Shown here piece by piece: positions 42,149-51,829 of a stretch of DNA of 64,000 nt. This stretch comes from a virus. Every line of letters begins with the position of its first letter. The first letter of the stretch is position 1. The notes beneath the pieces were generated by a model. The model ran no database searches. It was not told the origin of the DNA and worked only from the letters and a program-made list of their open reading frames with translations. Location of the stretch: positions 2,332 through 66,331 of IMG/VR virus record IMGVR_UViG_3300047440_000580, one strand, 5' to 3'. A program made the position numbers and the translations under genes.

Positions 42149-42572
42149 TGGGATACTTAGATGCCCACTCGACGTAGTTCCGGAGTTCCTTGTCCTTCAC
42201 GTCTGGGACGATCTCTCCTTTGACGAACATGTTGTAGGAGTCTGCGGCGTACTTCCCGACTCCATAGAGGGAGAGTGGGTCGTTGCCGTCCCACTTCAGA
42301 AAATCTCCGGTCATGCACAGGACCCTCGTGGCTCTCCTATTTTGGAACCCCAAGGGGCGAAATAGGACCGTCATGTCGGCCAACGCCGTGGACGTCGGAG
42401 CATCATGCAGGGACTGGGCTGTGGGGTACATCTCGAAGAACTTCTGCCAGATCGGCTTGGCGACCTTGGCGGAGACCTGGTTGAGGAGGATGCATCCGAC
42501 GAGCAGCTTCCACGGCTCGTTCCGGAACTCCTCCTGCATGAGGGCGTAGGGCGAGATCTCAGTCGGGATCAA
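42120..42572 (-). CDS. MBD4-like HhH-GPD DNA glycosylase
   Basis: TTG start; LMQE..RNEPWKLLVGCILLNQ, PLGFQNRRA, LYGVGKYAADSY. Confidence 0.85.
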   Translation of the reverse strand: MIPTEISPYALMQEEFRNEPWKLLVGCILLNQVSAKVAKPIWQKFFEMYPTAQSLHDAPTSTALADMTVLFRPLGFQNRRATRVLCMTGDFLKWDGNDPLSLYGVGKYAADSYNMFVKGEIVPDVKDKELRNYVEWASKYPNGQEAQHRL

Positions 42573-43135
42573 TTGTTCTCCTTCTTCGGCTTCCGGACCC
42601 GCTTGACATGCGGGCTTTCCTTGTCCCGATGGGAGATGACCTTCACCCCATTCTTGTTGATCTCCCGCATCCGTCGGCTGAACTCCTTGTCGGCCTTGTC
42701 CGCCTTCGCCTCCACCTCGGGCCACATCTCCGCCATGGTCTGCAGGACGATGTCTCGCTGGTCCGGGGTGAACACGACGCAGTGGAGCCAGCCGTGGATC
42801 TTGTAGTACTTCTGTCCGTCGGGAGTGGTCCGCTCGGGGGCGTCGATGAGCTTCCTGACGAAGTACTGGAAGTCCTGGGATGGGATGTCGAGGTGGAAGG
42901 TGTCGATCTTGATCTTCTCGATCGGACGATCGACCATGATCATACCGGGACGGTCGCACCAGCCGGTGTCGGTCCCTGAGACATCGACCACTTCCCCGGC
43001 CCCCTCTTCCTCGTGCTCACGGGTGGTGAGGTCCTGGATGATGGCGGCGACCAGCTGTTTCGGTACGTAGTGGGCCTTGTAGCCCGTCACGTGGACGAAG
43101 GCCCAGAGGTGGTCGCTCAGGTCATCAGTTTTCAT
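42569..43135 (-). CDS. hypothetical protein
   Basis: 188 aa, coupled. Confidence 0.65.
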   Translation of the reverse strand: MKTDDLSDHLWAFVHVTGYKAHYVPKQLVAAIIQDLTTREHEEEGAGEVVDVSGTDTGWCDRPGMIMVDRPIEKIKIDTFHLDIPSQDFQYFVRKLIDAPERTTPDGQKYYKIHGWLHCVVFTPDQRDIVLQTMAEMWPEVEAKADKADKEFSRRMREINKNGVKVISHRDKESPHVKRVRKPKKENN

Positions 43136-43328
43136 TGCTCGGATCGCGCGTCAAGTCCTGGACCTCGGGCAGTCCGAAGATGAGCGTCCCTTCGTCGAAG
43201 ATGTCCTTCTGGCGGAGCATGCGGATCCCGTCCTCCTTGAAGAGCTCGAGAGCCCGCTCGTACTCGGACTCGTCGAAGGAGGCGTAGCCGGACCCACTCT
43301 TGAAGACGACCTTGTAGCGCATGTTCAT
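43125..43328 (-). CDS. hypothetical protein
   Basis: MNMRYKVVF..., ATGA overlap with rtcB stop. Confidence 0.55.
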   Translation of the reverse strand: MNMRYKVVFKSGSGYASFDESEYERALELFKEDGIRMLRQKDIFDEGTLIFGLPEVQDLTRDPSNEN

Positions 43329-44488
43329 CCCTTCACGCAGAGCACTTGCTTCAGCTCTGCCACGATCTCCACCAGGTCGGACTGGTTCGCCATGACCTGA
43401 TCGATGTCCTTGTAGGCGCCCGGGATCTCGTCCAGGACCGCCTCGTCCTTCCGGCACTCGACGCCCGCCGTCTGGGCGATCATGTCGTCCAGCGTGAACG
43501 AACGCTTGGCCTTGCCGCGGCTCATCCGGCGGCCCGCCCCGTGGGACGCGCTGCAGAACGACTCCGGGTTACCGACTCCCCGAACGATGTAGGACTTGGT
43601 TCCCATCGATCCCGGGATGATGCCGAGCTCTCCGGCCTGGGCCGAGATCGCCCCCTTGCGGGTCACGATCAGGTCCTCACCGAAGTGGTTCTCCTCCGAC
43701 ACGTAGTTGTGGTGACAGAGGATCGGCTTCTCGAACTTCACCTTCCCGAAGTGCTCGATCATGATCTGCTTGTAGATTTCGAACATGGCCTTGCGGTTCA
43801 GGAACGCGTACTCTTGCGCCCAGTACAGGTCGTGCCGGTACGCCTCCATCTCCGGGGTCCCAGCCAGGAAGACCGCGAGGTCCTTGTCCGGGAGGCCCGT
43901 GTTGTGGGTCAGCTTCTGGGCGACCGCCATGTGGATCTCGGCCAGGGTCTTGCCGATGTTCCGGCTGCCCGAGTGGAGCATCATCCACACGTTTCCCTCG
44001 GTGTCCAGGCAGAGCTCGATGAAGTGGTTTCCGCCACCGAGCGTACCCACCTGCTTCCGGGCCTTGCCCTCGAGGTCACGGACCCCACGGCTCAGGTCGC
44101 CGAACTTCCTGAAGAGGTCGTTGGACGCCTTGACCACGGCGTTGGTGTGCTCGTTGAACCCGACCGGGATCCGCTCCTCGAGGTCGAGGCGGATGCGCTT
44201 CAGGCTGTCCGGCAGGTCGCTGGCCTTCAGGTCCGTCTTGATCGCTCCCATGCCGCAGCCGATGTCGACTCCCACGGCCGCCGGCGAGACCGCGCCCTTC
44301 ATGGCGATGACGGACCCGACGGTCGCGCCCTTGCCGAAGTGGACGTCGGCCATCGAGGCCACGTGGTGGAAGACCCACGGCAGGGCCGCGATGTTCTTCA
44401 GTTGGTCGAGGGCGACCGACTCTACCTCGTGGATCGGTGCCCAGAGGTGGATCGGTACGTTCTTCCCGTTCAGCAATGCGATTGACAT
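43325..44488 (-). CDS. rtcB: RtcB RNA ligase
   Basis: ADVHFGKGATVG, VGVDIGCG, GTLGGGNHFIE, HSGSR, HNY, SHGAGR, DEIPGAYK. Confidence 0.97.
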   Translation of the reverse strand: MSIALLNGKNVPIHLWAPIHEVESVALDQLKNIAALPWVFHHVASMADVHFGKGATVGSVIAMKGAVSPAAVGVDIGCGMGAIKTDLKASDLPDSLKRIRLDLEERIPVGFNEHTNAVVKASNDLFRKFGDLSRGVRDLEGKARKQVGTLGGGNHFIELCLDTEGNVWMMLHSGSRNIGKTLAEIHMAVAQKLTHNTGLPDKDLAVFLAGTPEMEAYRHDLYWAQEYAFLNRKAMFEIYKQIMIEHFGKVKFEKPILCHHNYVSEENHFGEDLIVTRKGAISAQAGELGIIPGSMGTKSYIVRGVGNPESFCSASHGAGRRMSRGKAKRSFTLDDMIAQTAGVECRKDEAVLDEIPGAYKDIDQVMANQSDLVEIVAELKQVLCVKG

Positions 44489-44541
44489 GTCCGTTGCTCC
44501 TGTCCTATTATACCACAGAATTGCGTAAGATGATACCTAGG

Positions 44542-45375
44542 TTACTTCTGGCAGGACGGGCAAAAATACGTTGAACGACCGCGCAAGTCCTTCTTTTCGA
44601 TGAAACCTTCACAGCGGGCGCAGTCCTTGCGCCGGTAGCACCAGAGTCCCGAGTAGTCCAGCTTCCGCATCAGCGCCTCTCGGAGGACCAGCTGTCCGGA
44701 CTCGAAGAGCCGTTGCCACTCGTCAGTGGTCAGCTTCTTGACGATCTTGAACGGGTTGATCCCGGCGGCGTGGAGCGCCTCACAGGCATAGATGTTCCCG
44801 AAGCCGGCGACGGCCTCCTGGTCCATCATGGCGTGCTTGACCTCGACCTTCTGGTTGAAGAGCATGGCCGCGTCCAGGACGTTCCACTCCCGCTTGGACT
44901 TGTCGATGCTCATGTCCACATTCACCGTGTTGAACGCCTCGGGTCCCATGTTGGCGAAGGTCCCGATGTCCTCGATGCTCCGGCACGGCTGGTAGTAGCG
45001 GAAAGAGCCAAAGAGCCGGGCGTCGTGGAACCGGACGGTCTTCAGCTCCTTGTCACACAGGACGTCGAACTCCATGCGGACGTCGCTGTCCTTGGCCGTC
45101 CTGGCGCCCTCGACGTAGTCGAAGCACCACTCGTCGCCCTTGATGTCCCAGTAGCCGGACATGGCGTTGTGGGCCACGGCGATCCCGTTGCTGAGGTGGA
45201 ACGTCATGTACTTCCCGCGACGGCCCACCGTGTGGAGGGTCTGGCCCACCATGGCGGTCGCCTGGTCGTACCGGCCACCGGGACTGCGGAGCACCCGGAC
45301 AGCCTTGACTTCCCCGTCGATGGCCCGCTCCCGCAGGTAGGCCACCATCGTCTCTACTTCAGGAAGCTCGGGCAT
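44542..45375 (-). CDS. mutM: Fpg/MutM DNA glycosylase
   Basis: MPELPEVE, RRGKY, AMSG, DARLFG, GFGNIYACE, C4 zinc finger with RSTYFCPSCQ. Confidence 0.92.
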   Translation of the reverse strand: MPELPEVETMVAYLRERAIDGEVKAVRVLRSPGGRYDQATAMVGQTLHTVGRRGKYMTFHLSNGIAVAHNAMSGYWDIKGDEWCFDYVEGARTAKDSDVRMEFDVLCDKELKTVRFHDARLFGSFRYYQPCRSIEDIGTFANMGPEAFNTVNVDMSIDKSKREWNVLDAAMLFNQKVEVKHAMMDQEAVAGFGNIYACEALHAAGINPFKIVKKLTTDEWQRLFESGQLVLREALMRKLDYSGLWCYRRKDCARCEGFIEKKDLRGRSTYFCPSCQK

Positions 45376-45376
45376 G

Positions 45377-45958
45377 TCACTTCTTCTTTCGGATGAAGTT
45401 GGCGATCTCGATGCGCTTCCGCTCGGGGAGAGCGTCGACGAACAGCTTCCCGTCGAGGTGGTCGATCTCGTGCTGGAAGACCTGCGCCCAGAAACCCTTG
45501 TAGGTCTCCTCGACGTGCTTGACTTCCCAGCGTCCGTCGATCCTCAGCATCGTGCTGTACTTGACCTTGACGGCCCGGTGGCGACGGACCTTCATGCCGA
45601 ATCCCGGGAAGGAGAGGCACGCCTCGTCCAGCATGTCAGTCTCGGGAGACTTCTTCAGGATCTCCGGGTTGATGACGAACGGCGGGATCGCCATGACGAC
45701 CGGGTCGTCCTTCCCCATCCTGGCAGTGGTCGTCTGGTTCATGGCGACCACCCGCATGTCGACGCCGATCTGATTGGCCGCCAACGCGGCTCCGAGATCT
45801 GACTCTTCGAGTGTGTCTTCCATGTCCGTGAACAGCTTCTCGAGACAGATCAGGATGGTGCCCCCGATCTCCTGGTCTTCCAGGTCCTCGAGGACGACGG
45901 GCTTGCACTTCTGCCGGAGGATCTTGTCGGGGTACTTTATGATCGTTCTGACGGCCAT
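45377..45958 (-). CDS. def: peptide deformylase
   Basis: GAALAANQIG, EACLSFPG, QHEIDHLDG. Confidence 0.92.
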   Translation of the reverse strand: MAVRTIIKYPDKILRQKCKPVVLEDLEDQEIGGTILICLEKLFTDMEDTLEESDLGAALAANQIGVDMRVVAMNQTTTARMGKDDPVVMAIPPFVINPEILKKSPETDMLDEACLSFPGFGMKVRRHRAVKVKYSTMLRIDGRWEVKHVEETYKGFWAQVFQHEIDHLDGKLFVDALPERKRIEIANFIRKKK

Positions 45959-45970
45959 GGAACCATTATA

Positions 45971-46804
45971 TCACACGTCGTGGAGTCCGAGGACGTAATT
46001 TGCGTCGACCCTGTCCTCGATCCCCCTGAACCAGACGTGACACACCTCGGGCAGGTGGATCTGTCCCTTCTCGAAAGAGAAGAGGTCGAAGTGTGCTCCG
46101 AAGATCCCGCCGCCCGTGTCGGTCACGGTGATCCAGCCGTCGTGGACGAAGCCACCGACCGTCATCCCGTCGAGCTCCTTGATGTAGCACTTCGTCCCCA
46201 CGGGGACCAGTCCACCCTTCCCCTTGAAGCGGGGGTCGTCCTTGGGAGTGCGTCCGATGTCCGCGGCGACCGTGCGGAACGGGTCCAATGGAAACCCATT
46301 GGCAGAGCCGTAGCCCTTCCCTGCGGCCTCTCCTGTGACGACCACGTAGGCGAAAGCCTTGACCACCCGGTCGTTCACGACCATGAGACCGGAGTAGCCG
46401 GGGCTACGCTTCGAGAGGTACTTCTTGTGGTAGTCCCACACCGGCTGGTACTTGTCGGCGTCGACTGGGACGTACTTCCCTGAGACGTTGATGAGCTTCC
46501 CGTTCGCCAGGATTCCGGTGCCCTCCAGCGAGAGAGAGCTGAAGAACGAGGGTGAGGCGTAGCCGAGGACTACCCCGTCCGTCCGAAGCACGGGAACGGT
46601 CTGCGAGCCGGCATGGTTCTTCTGGTCTGAGACGTAGTACTGCGTGATCCGCCACTTACGGAGCTGGGCGTCGGTGGGCTTGGCCTCGGGGGGAGCGGTC
46701 GGGGCGGCTGCGGGGCCCTGCGTAGACTGAACAGCATCGGCTACCTGGACCACATTCGGTGGCCAGTGGGTGAAGATGTTGAGGATTTGTTCGATGATGT
46801 CCAT
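45971..46804 (-). CDS. 3D-domain (MltA-like) cell-wall protein
   Basis: TVAAD, VPVGTKCYIKEL, TDTGGGI..AHFDLF. Confidence 0.75.
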   Translation of the reverse strand: MDIIEQILNIFTHWPPNVVQVADAVQSTQGPAAAPTAPPEAKPTDAQLRKWRITQYYVSDQKNHAGSQTVPVLRTDGVVLGYASPSFFSSLSLEGTGILANGKLINVSGKYVPVDADKYQPVWDYHKKYLSKRSPGYSGLMVVNDRVVKAFAYVVVTGEAAGKGYGSANGFPLDPFRTVAADIGRTPKDDPRFKGKGGLVPVGTKCYIKELDGMTVGGFVHDGWITVTDTGGGIFGAHFDLFSFEKGQIHLPEVCHVWFRGIEDRVDANYVLGLHDV

Positions 46805-46831
46805 GGCCTAAGTAGCCACGGACGTAAGAAA

Positions 46832-47011
46832 TCAGAGCTCTTGGAAGAGTTCGATGAGCCCCTTGGTGCAGTCGGCGATCCCTCCGCCGATGATCTCGAA
46901 GATGTCTGCCGCCCCTCGGAGGATGCGGACAGTGAGGGCGAAGGCCAGGATCACCACGACCATCAAGAGCCAGATCGGGGTGAGAACTATATTGATGATG
47001 CGACCGAGCAT
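46832..47011 (-). CDS. small membrane protein
   Basis: MLGRIINIVLTPIWLLMVVVILAFAL. Confidence 0.55.
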   Translation of the reverse strand: MLGRIINIVLTPIWLLMVVVILAFALTVRILRGAADIFEIIGGGIADCTKGLIELFQEL

Positions 47012-47787
47012 GGGGGCACCTCTTCTTTCTTGAGACTTTCCTGGAACTGTGAACGTCCGGCCAGCACGTCTCCGAGGCACTTGCTGCAGAAGTCGTGTGG
47101 CATGATGTCGATCCCTGGCTTCCCGTCGAGGGAGGGTCCGATGTTCATGACACAGGGGATGACCTCGGTCTTGGTGTCGTGGTGGGTGAGCCCCAGCGTA
47201 TGCCCGACCTCGTGGACGACCAGCTTCACCAGCCGGCTCCACGGGATGTGAGTGCTCCCGAGCTTCCCGATCCCGAACGTGGAGACCACGCAGACGGGGA
47301 GCGCCATGCTGCCGTAGCCGTAGACCCAGATGTTGTTCTTCTGGGCGGCGTACAGCTCCTGGTCCGTGACCATCACCACCCGGCCGTGCTTGAGAAACTC
47401 GGCGCCCTTCTCCAGGACCGCCCCGGCTTCCGCCCTCCTGCGGTTGGGATCGTAGACTTCCGGCCAGAGGGTGCGACGACGCAGGACCTTCACGGGGACT
47501 CCGAAGATGTCCCAGGCGATCCGGCAGATGACGTCGATGGTGAGGACAGACACTTCCCCGATGGGGACGATGACGATGGCCGGTCCCTTCCCCTGCGCCA
47601 TGTCCAGCATGCGTGGCGAGAATCGGAGGGAGGCTTCCTCGACAAACCCCTTGGGGATCCCACGGCCGGCACGCATGAACTCGTGCAAGGCCAGGCGACC
47701 AAGCAGGGCGGTGTGTTCGTAGAAAGAATCGGCTGAGTCTGAGCCGACATCTACACAGATGCTGAGGCCGAGGTCTCGCAAGCGCAT
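46987..47787 (-). CDS. archaemetzincin-like (M54) zinc metalloprotease
   Basis: VMVTDQELY, VYG, VVST, KLVVHEVGHTLGLTHH, CVMN. Confidence 0.8.
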   Translation of the reverse strand: MRLRDLGLSICVDVGSDSADSFYEHTALLGRLALHEFMRAGRGIPKGFVEEASLRFSPRMLDMAQGKGPAIVIVPIGEVSVLTIDVICRIAWDIFGVPVKVLRRRTLWPEVYDPNRRRAEAGAVLEKGAEFLKHGRVVMVTDQELYAAQKNNIWVYGYGSMALPVCVVSTFGIGKLGSTHIPWSRLVKLVVHEVGHTLGLTHHDTKTEVIPCVMNIGPSLDGKPGIDIMPHDFCSKCLGDVLAGRSQFQESLKKEEVPPCSVASSI

Positions 47788-47800
47788 CTCCGAAATTTTC

Positions 47801-48298
47801 CTAGGCTCCTGTCGCCTGCTCGTTCTCTGGGATGTACGGCGCGATCTTCTCGACGACGGTGGCCAGCTTGGCGGCGATCTCGGTGGTGGAAGCCCCGTTG
47901 GCCGCCAGCTCGTGGATGATGCCGATCATGCCGAGCGCCCAGGTCATCACGGCCTGGGCCTTTCCCACCTGCTGGAGGATGTCGGAGTTCAGCCAGCCAT
48001 AGGACCAGGAGGCGGACTCATCCGAGTCCGGATCGTGGGGATTGTCTTCCAACGTGGCCCCGCGGTTGGCTGCCTCACGACCGCTCTTCTCGGCCTCGAG
48101 GATCTTCTCTTGGACTCGGACCTGCTCGAGGTAGAGCTCGATCTTCCCCTCGAGCAGGAGGTTCTTGTCGGACAGCTCCTGGTTCTTGTTCCTGAGGAGC
48201 TGGACCTCCTGCACGATCTTCTCGGCGCAGGTGACACATGTCCCAATCTTCTGCTCCATCCCGGTGACGAGAGGAGCTCCGCAGGTGAGGCACGGCAT
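47801..48298 (-). CDS. Zn-ribbon/coiled-coil protein with Rmf-like segment
   Basis: C..C...C..C, coiled coil, GREAANRG...NPH....SWSYGW. Confidence 0.55.
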   Translation of the reverse strand: MPCLTCGAPLVTGMEQKIGTCVTCAEKIVQEVQLLRNKNQELSDKNLLLEGKIELYLEQVRVQEKILEAEKSGREAANRGATLEDNPHDPDSDESASWSYGWLNSDILQQVGKAQAVMTWALGMIGIIHELAANGASTTEIAAKLATVVEKIAPYIPENEQATGA

Positions 48299-48552
48299 TA
48301 GTTGAGCTTGTCCTTGTCGTCCGGCGGGGACTCGTCATCCGTCTCATGCTTCGGCATGTAGATGACGCCGTCACGCACGGTCGCTCCGAAGAACTGTGCC
48401 ACCGCCTGATTGACGCAGTTGGCAAAATTCATTCTCCAGATGAGGTCCAGCTTCCAGAGCTGGCGACGCCACCACCAGATGGGGGCGACTACGCCGGCCA
48501 CAAAGCCAGCGAAAATCCAGACGATCGCAGTGAGGACGGGTCCCATGTTCAC
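48298..48552 (-). CDS. small membrane protein
   Basis: TM helix VLTAIVWIFAGFVAGVVAPIWWW; CTAAATA motif upstream. Confidence 0.6.
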   Translation of the reverse strand: MNMGPVLTAIVWIFAGFVAGVVAPIWWWRRQLWKLDLIWRMNFANCVNQAVAQFFGATVRDGVIYMPKHETDDESPPDDKDKLN

Positions 48553-48581
48553 CTCTTATATTTAGAACATCTCCCGGCTTT

Positions 48582-48893
48582 TTACCGATTGGCCCAGAGG
48601 AGATCTCTGGCCGCCACGAGGGTGTCCAGCTTCTTCGTGATGGTCCCGTCCGGTCTTTCCTTGGCGATGTCCCGGATGGCGACTTCCAGCCCGAGGATGA
48701 TGAGGTCCTTGGCTTTCGGGTCCGCGTTCTTCCAGTTCTCGGCGGCCATCTCGGCAGAGGTCTTCCGGCCGGCCTCGTCCTTGAACTTGGCTTCCTCGTC
48801 CGAGACGTCGAACTTCTCGCTCGGAGCACCGCCCAGAGCCTTTTCCTTCTTGCGACGGAAGAGGCCCGGGATGACTGACGACGGGAAGCCCAT
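48582..48893 (-). CDS. hypothetical protein
   Basis: MGFPSSVIPG..., TGATG coupling. Confidence 0.55.
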   Translation of the reverse strand: MGFPSSVIPGLFRRKKEKALGGAPSEKFDVSDEEAKFKDEAGRKTSAEMAAENWKNADPKAKDLIILGLEVAIRDIAKERPDGTITKKLDTLVAARDLLWANR

Positions 48894-49306
48894 CAGCCGC
48901 CCGCTTTCTTGAGCTCTGCCAGCTCCGCTTCCGCGGCCGCCAGGCGAAAGCCCATGGGCTCGAGCTGGTCCCGCAGGACAGCGAACTCCTTGATGAGCCG
49001 GATGGTGCAGTCGACGGGCGATTCTTCCTTGCCGACCTCCTCCGGGAGGTAGAGGATGATGGCCTGGGTGATCTCCCCGAACGCCATCTCCATCTCCTGC
49101 TTGATCGCGCTGAGCTGGACGATCTGCTGGCCGTAGCCGAGGAACAGGGTCTTCAGGTCGCGTACCCACGCCGGCAGGCCCTTCAGCGGACCCTCGGCGA
49201 TGGGGGTGTTGTCCGGAACGTACATCTGGGGCTGGTCGGACTCGAGTTCCTCGGGAGACGCTTCCTGCGTCTCCACTTCCAGCTCGGGCGGCGTCTCTTC
49301 GCTCAT
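48893..49306 (-). CDS. hypothetical protein
   Basis: 137 aa; AAGGAG RBS. Confidence 0.65.
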   Translation of the reverse strand: MSEETPPELEVETQEASPEELESDQPQMYVPDNTPIAEGPLKGLPAWVRDLKTLFLGYGQQIVQLSAIKQEMEMAFGEITQAIILYLPEEVGKEESPVDCTIRLIKEFAVLRDQLEPMGFRLAAAEAELAELKKAGG

Positions 49307-49315
49307 CGTATCTCC

Positions 49316-49606
49316 TTAGCTTGCCTGACCCGGCTTGATCCGCGGCATCCTGTCGATGAGGGCCTCGGTCAGCCGGATGTTTTCTGCCTTGATGTCTTCG
49401 AACATCTTCATGAGCTTTTTGGCGGCCACGTCCGTCTTCTGGGCGAGCTGCTCGTACTCGTCGTTCAGGGCGATGAGACGCTCACGTTCGTTCTTCAGCC
49501 AGAGCAAGGTCTTGTTGAGCTCGTTGACCGTGAGGGCCCAGTCCTCCAAGAGCTTCTTCTTGATGAGAACGTAGTCCCCGATGTTCAAAGCGTCCTTGGC
49601 GTCCAT
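49316..49606 (-). CDS. coiled-coil hypothetical protein (leaderless)
   Basis: ATG 7 nt after TATAAT. Confidence 0.65.
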   Translation of the reverse strand: MDAKDALNIGDYVLIKKKLLEDWALTVNELNKTLLWLKNERERLIALNDEYEQLAQKTDVAAKKLMKMFEDIKAENIRLTEALIDRMPRIKPGQAS

Positions 49607-49626
49607 AGATCCCATTATATCACAGA

Positions 49627-50016
49627 TCAGGGAACGATGTCATACCCCGTTTCGTAGCAGGCGTCCCTGGTGGCATCCTTGCGGTCCCCATAGATGCCTT
49701 CGACCTTCGTCGAGTGAGGCGGAACCCGGACGTCCAGGTTCACCATGGTCTTGCAGTCGAAGTGCACCACGACGGTCCGGGAGTAGGGGTTGTCGACGAA
49801 GAGCAGCTTCTCGCAGAGGTCGTGGCTGTCGTCGGCCCAGCGGACGAACTGCTCGTGGGTCTGCGGCTGGTTCTCCTTGCCCAGGTAGGGCTTGATCGTC
49901 GAGCAGCCGAACAGGGCGGCGCCCAGGACGACGATGGTGAACAGGCCGAGGATGACGGCGATGAGCGCCGCTCCGACCTGATGCAGGGTGATCTTGGGTC
50001 TCAGTTCTCGGTCCAT
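49627..50016 (-). CDS. putative lipoprotein/membrane protein
   Basis: TM helix ending LFGC lipobox-like motif. Confidence 0.6.
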   Translation of the reverse strand: MDRELRPKITLHQVGAALIAVILGLFTIVVLGAALFGCSTIKPYLGKENQPQTHEQFVRWADDSHDLCEKLLFVDNPYSRTVVVHFDCKTMVNLDVRVPPHSTKVEGIYGDRKDATRDACYETGYDIVP

Positions 50017-50019
50017 GGG

Positions 50020-50214
50020 TCATTCCTTTCGGGTGGGCTTCTCGGGTTGCTCCTCGAGCGGAAACTCGAAGGGTGTGACGGTTCCGTAGAGCGCCTTCAC
50101 TTCCGCGGGCTTGGCACACAGGAAGTGGGCCATGGAGACCCTCTCGCCCTTCACTTCGACGATGATGCAGGAGCCGAACCCCAGGTCCTTCTTACAGCGT
50201 ACGCACTGGTCCAT
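50020..50214 (-). CDS. small Zn-finger protein
   Basis: CVRC...HFLC. Confidence 0.5.
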   Translation of the reverse strand: MDQCVRCKKDLGFGSCIIVEVKGERVSMAHFLCAKPAEVKALYGTVTPFEFPLEEQPEKPTRKE

Positions 50215-50377
50215 CCGGGCCTCCCCATACGAGGCGGACACCTTCCGCCTTCGTGATCTTCTTGCGGTTGACCATCTTGAGGATCTTCACTGCGTGATTG
50301 TGGCAGTCGAAGCAGAACCCGCTGCCGGGACCGTACTTCTCCTCGCCACAGATCGTGCAGGGTTCGATGTTACTCAT
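50192..50377 (-). CDS. small Zn-finger protein
   Basis: CTIC...CFDC. Confidence 0.55.
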   Translation of the reverse strand: MSNIEPCTICGEEKYGPGSGFCFDCHNHAVKILKMVNRKKITKAEGVRLVWGGPDGPVRTL

Positions 50378-50612
50378 AGGTCGGTTCCTTTTCCTCGCCC
50401 TCGTCCTTCGGGCGACGCTTCCGGCGCATGTACTCGAGGTAGGTCACCTCAGCCAGCGCCCGGTCATCCTGAAGGTACTTCAGGCGGCTCTTCGCGAGGT
50501 ACGGGTAGAGCCCGTCCCACTTGATGACGAAGAGCTCCGTGGAGACCTGGTTCTCCGGTTTCTCCAGGTGGTTGTACACGTCCTGGACGCAGGTGAACCC
50601 GGGATCAGCCAC
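50370..50612 (-). CDS. hypothetical protein
   Basis: 80 aa, coupled. Confidence 0.55.
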   Translation of the reverse strand: MADPGFTCVQDVYNHLEKPENQVSTELFVIKWDGLYPYLAKSRLKYLQDDRALAEVTYLEYMRRKRRPKDEGEEKEPTYE

Positions 50613-50835
50613 GGATTACCTCGAACCAGTCGTAGTAGTCCTCCTCGTAGTACACCCCGAAACGGATGCGCTTCGCGGGGTCTTCTCCCACGAAGAACGA
50701 GTAGGCCGCGTCGAACTCGTTGGAACCAGGTTGGATGTCCAGGACTGTCAAGATGTCCTCCTTGTTCTCCGGTTGCGTCGGGGGGCACCAGTCGGAGTAT
50801 CCGAACTGGGGCATCTCTGTTCCAAGAACGCTCAT
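50605..50835 (-). CDS. hypothetical protein
   Basis: MSVLGTEMPQ..., ATGA overlap. Confidence 0.55.
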   Translation of the reverse strand: MSVLGTEMPQFGYSDWCPPTQPENKEDILTVLDIQPGSNEFDAAYSFFVGEDPAKRIRFGVYYEEDYYDWFEVIRG

Positions 50836-51077
50836 TGCTTTCTTCCGGTCTGCCCCAGCTTCTTGAGTCTTGAGGCGACGTCGCCCAGCTTCCAGCCCTT
50901 GGCCTCCGCCTCGTCGGCAGAGAAGACCACGACCGAGCCGCAGGTGCACAGCATCTCCACTGACGCCTTGGAGATCGTGGCCCCGTCCACCGTGTGCATG
51001 GCATGGTCCGGGTCGGCCGCCTCCAGGATGTCCCGAGACGTGGCCGTGTCGATTGGGAAAATCGGATTTTTCTCCAT
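50832..51077 (-). CDS. hypothetical protein (leaderless)
   Basis: ATG 6 nt after TATAAT; HxMH..CTC. Confidence 0.6.
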   Translation of the reverse strand: MEKNPIFPIDTATSRDILEAADPDHAMHTVDGATISKASVEMLCTCGSVVVFSADEAEAKGWKLGDVASRLKKLGQTGRKQ

Positions 51078-51109
51078 GGTCCTATTATACCACAGAAAAT
51101 TACTGGTTG

Positions 51110-51333
51110 TCACCAAATGGTCGACCGCAGTGACCACAACGCTTCATGAGCGTCGCGCAACCCCCGCAGAGACGGCAGCCGCCGTCCTGGCTGAGGTTCA
51201 TGCGGTTGATCTCGTTCCCGCAGTTCCGGCAGGCGAACTTGTCGTTCGGCGGTGCCATGTCTTCCTGGGGGTGACGGACGCCACGGCAGCAGCGGGGGTT
51301 CTTGCAGTTCGATTCGACCTGGGGCATTGTCAT
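51110..51333 (-). CDS. Cys-rich small protein
   Basis: multiple CxxC pairs. Confidence 0.55.
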
Positions 51334-51620
51334 ATCCTCTTTCTGGAGAAACGCCGGACGACCGGCTTGGGTGGGTTGGGCGGGCCGTCGAGGACGGCGT
51401 AGTACTCGTGGTAGGTGATCGCGGTGGCGGTCCCCATGGCATCGAAACGGATCTCGATGCCACAGCCGTCGTCCCAGTCGGCGGTGATGATGTCCGGCGA
51501 CAGGACATACTTCCGGACCTTGTAGCCGCGGTTCTTCAGCTGCCACTCCACAGAGTCCTGAGAAGTGCCGAAGAGCAGCTGGAAGAAGCGCTCGTGCTCG
51601 TAGAAGATCCCGTGATCCAT
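51330..51620 (-). CDS. hypothetical protein
   Basis: MDHGIFYEHE..., TGATG coupling. Confidence 0.55.
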   Translation of the reverse strand: MDHGIFYEHERFFQLLFGTSQDSVEWQLKNRGYKVRKYVLSPDIITADWDDGCGIEIRFDAMGTATAITYHEYYAVLDGPPNPPKPVVRRFSRKRI

Positions 51621-51829
51621 CAGTTCACCGTCGGGAGCGACCCGTTGGCCTGGATGAGCACGATGATCTTGTCCTTGCCGGACTCCTCCATGCTCCGCAT
51701 GAACTCCTGGATCTTCTCCTTCGAAAAGGCGAAGACGACGTCCCCGTTCTCGTTGCGGACGTACGCGGCCCCGTTCCGGGCCAGGCTGTCGTTGAAGCGG
51801 TCCATGGCGTCCTTCTGGTCGTCTTTCAC
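51620..51829 (-). CDS. hypothetical protein
   Basis: 69 aa, coupled. Confidence 0.6.
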   Translation of the reverse strand: MKDDQKDAMDRFNDSLARNGAAYVRNENGDVVFAFSKEKIQEFMRSMEESGKDKIIVLIQANGSLPTVN

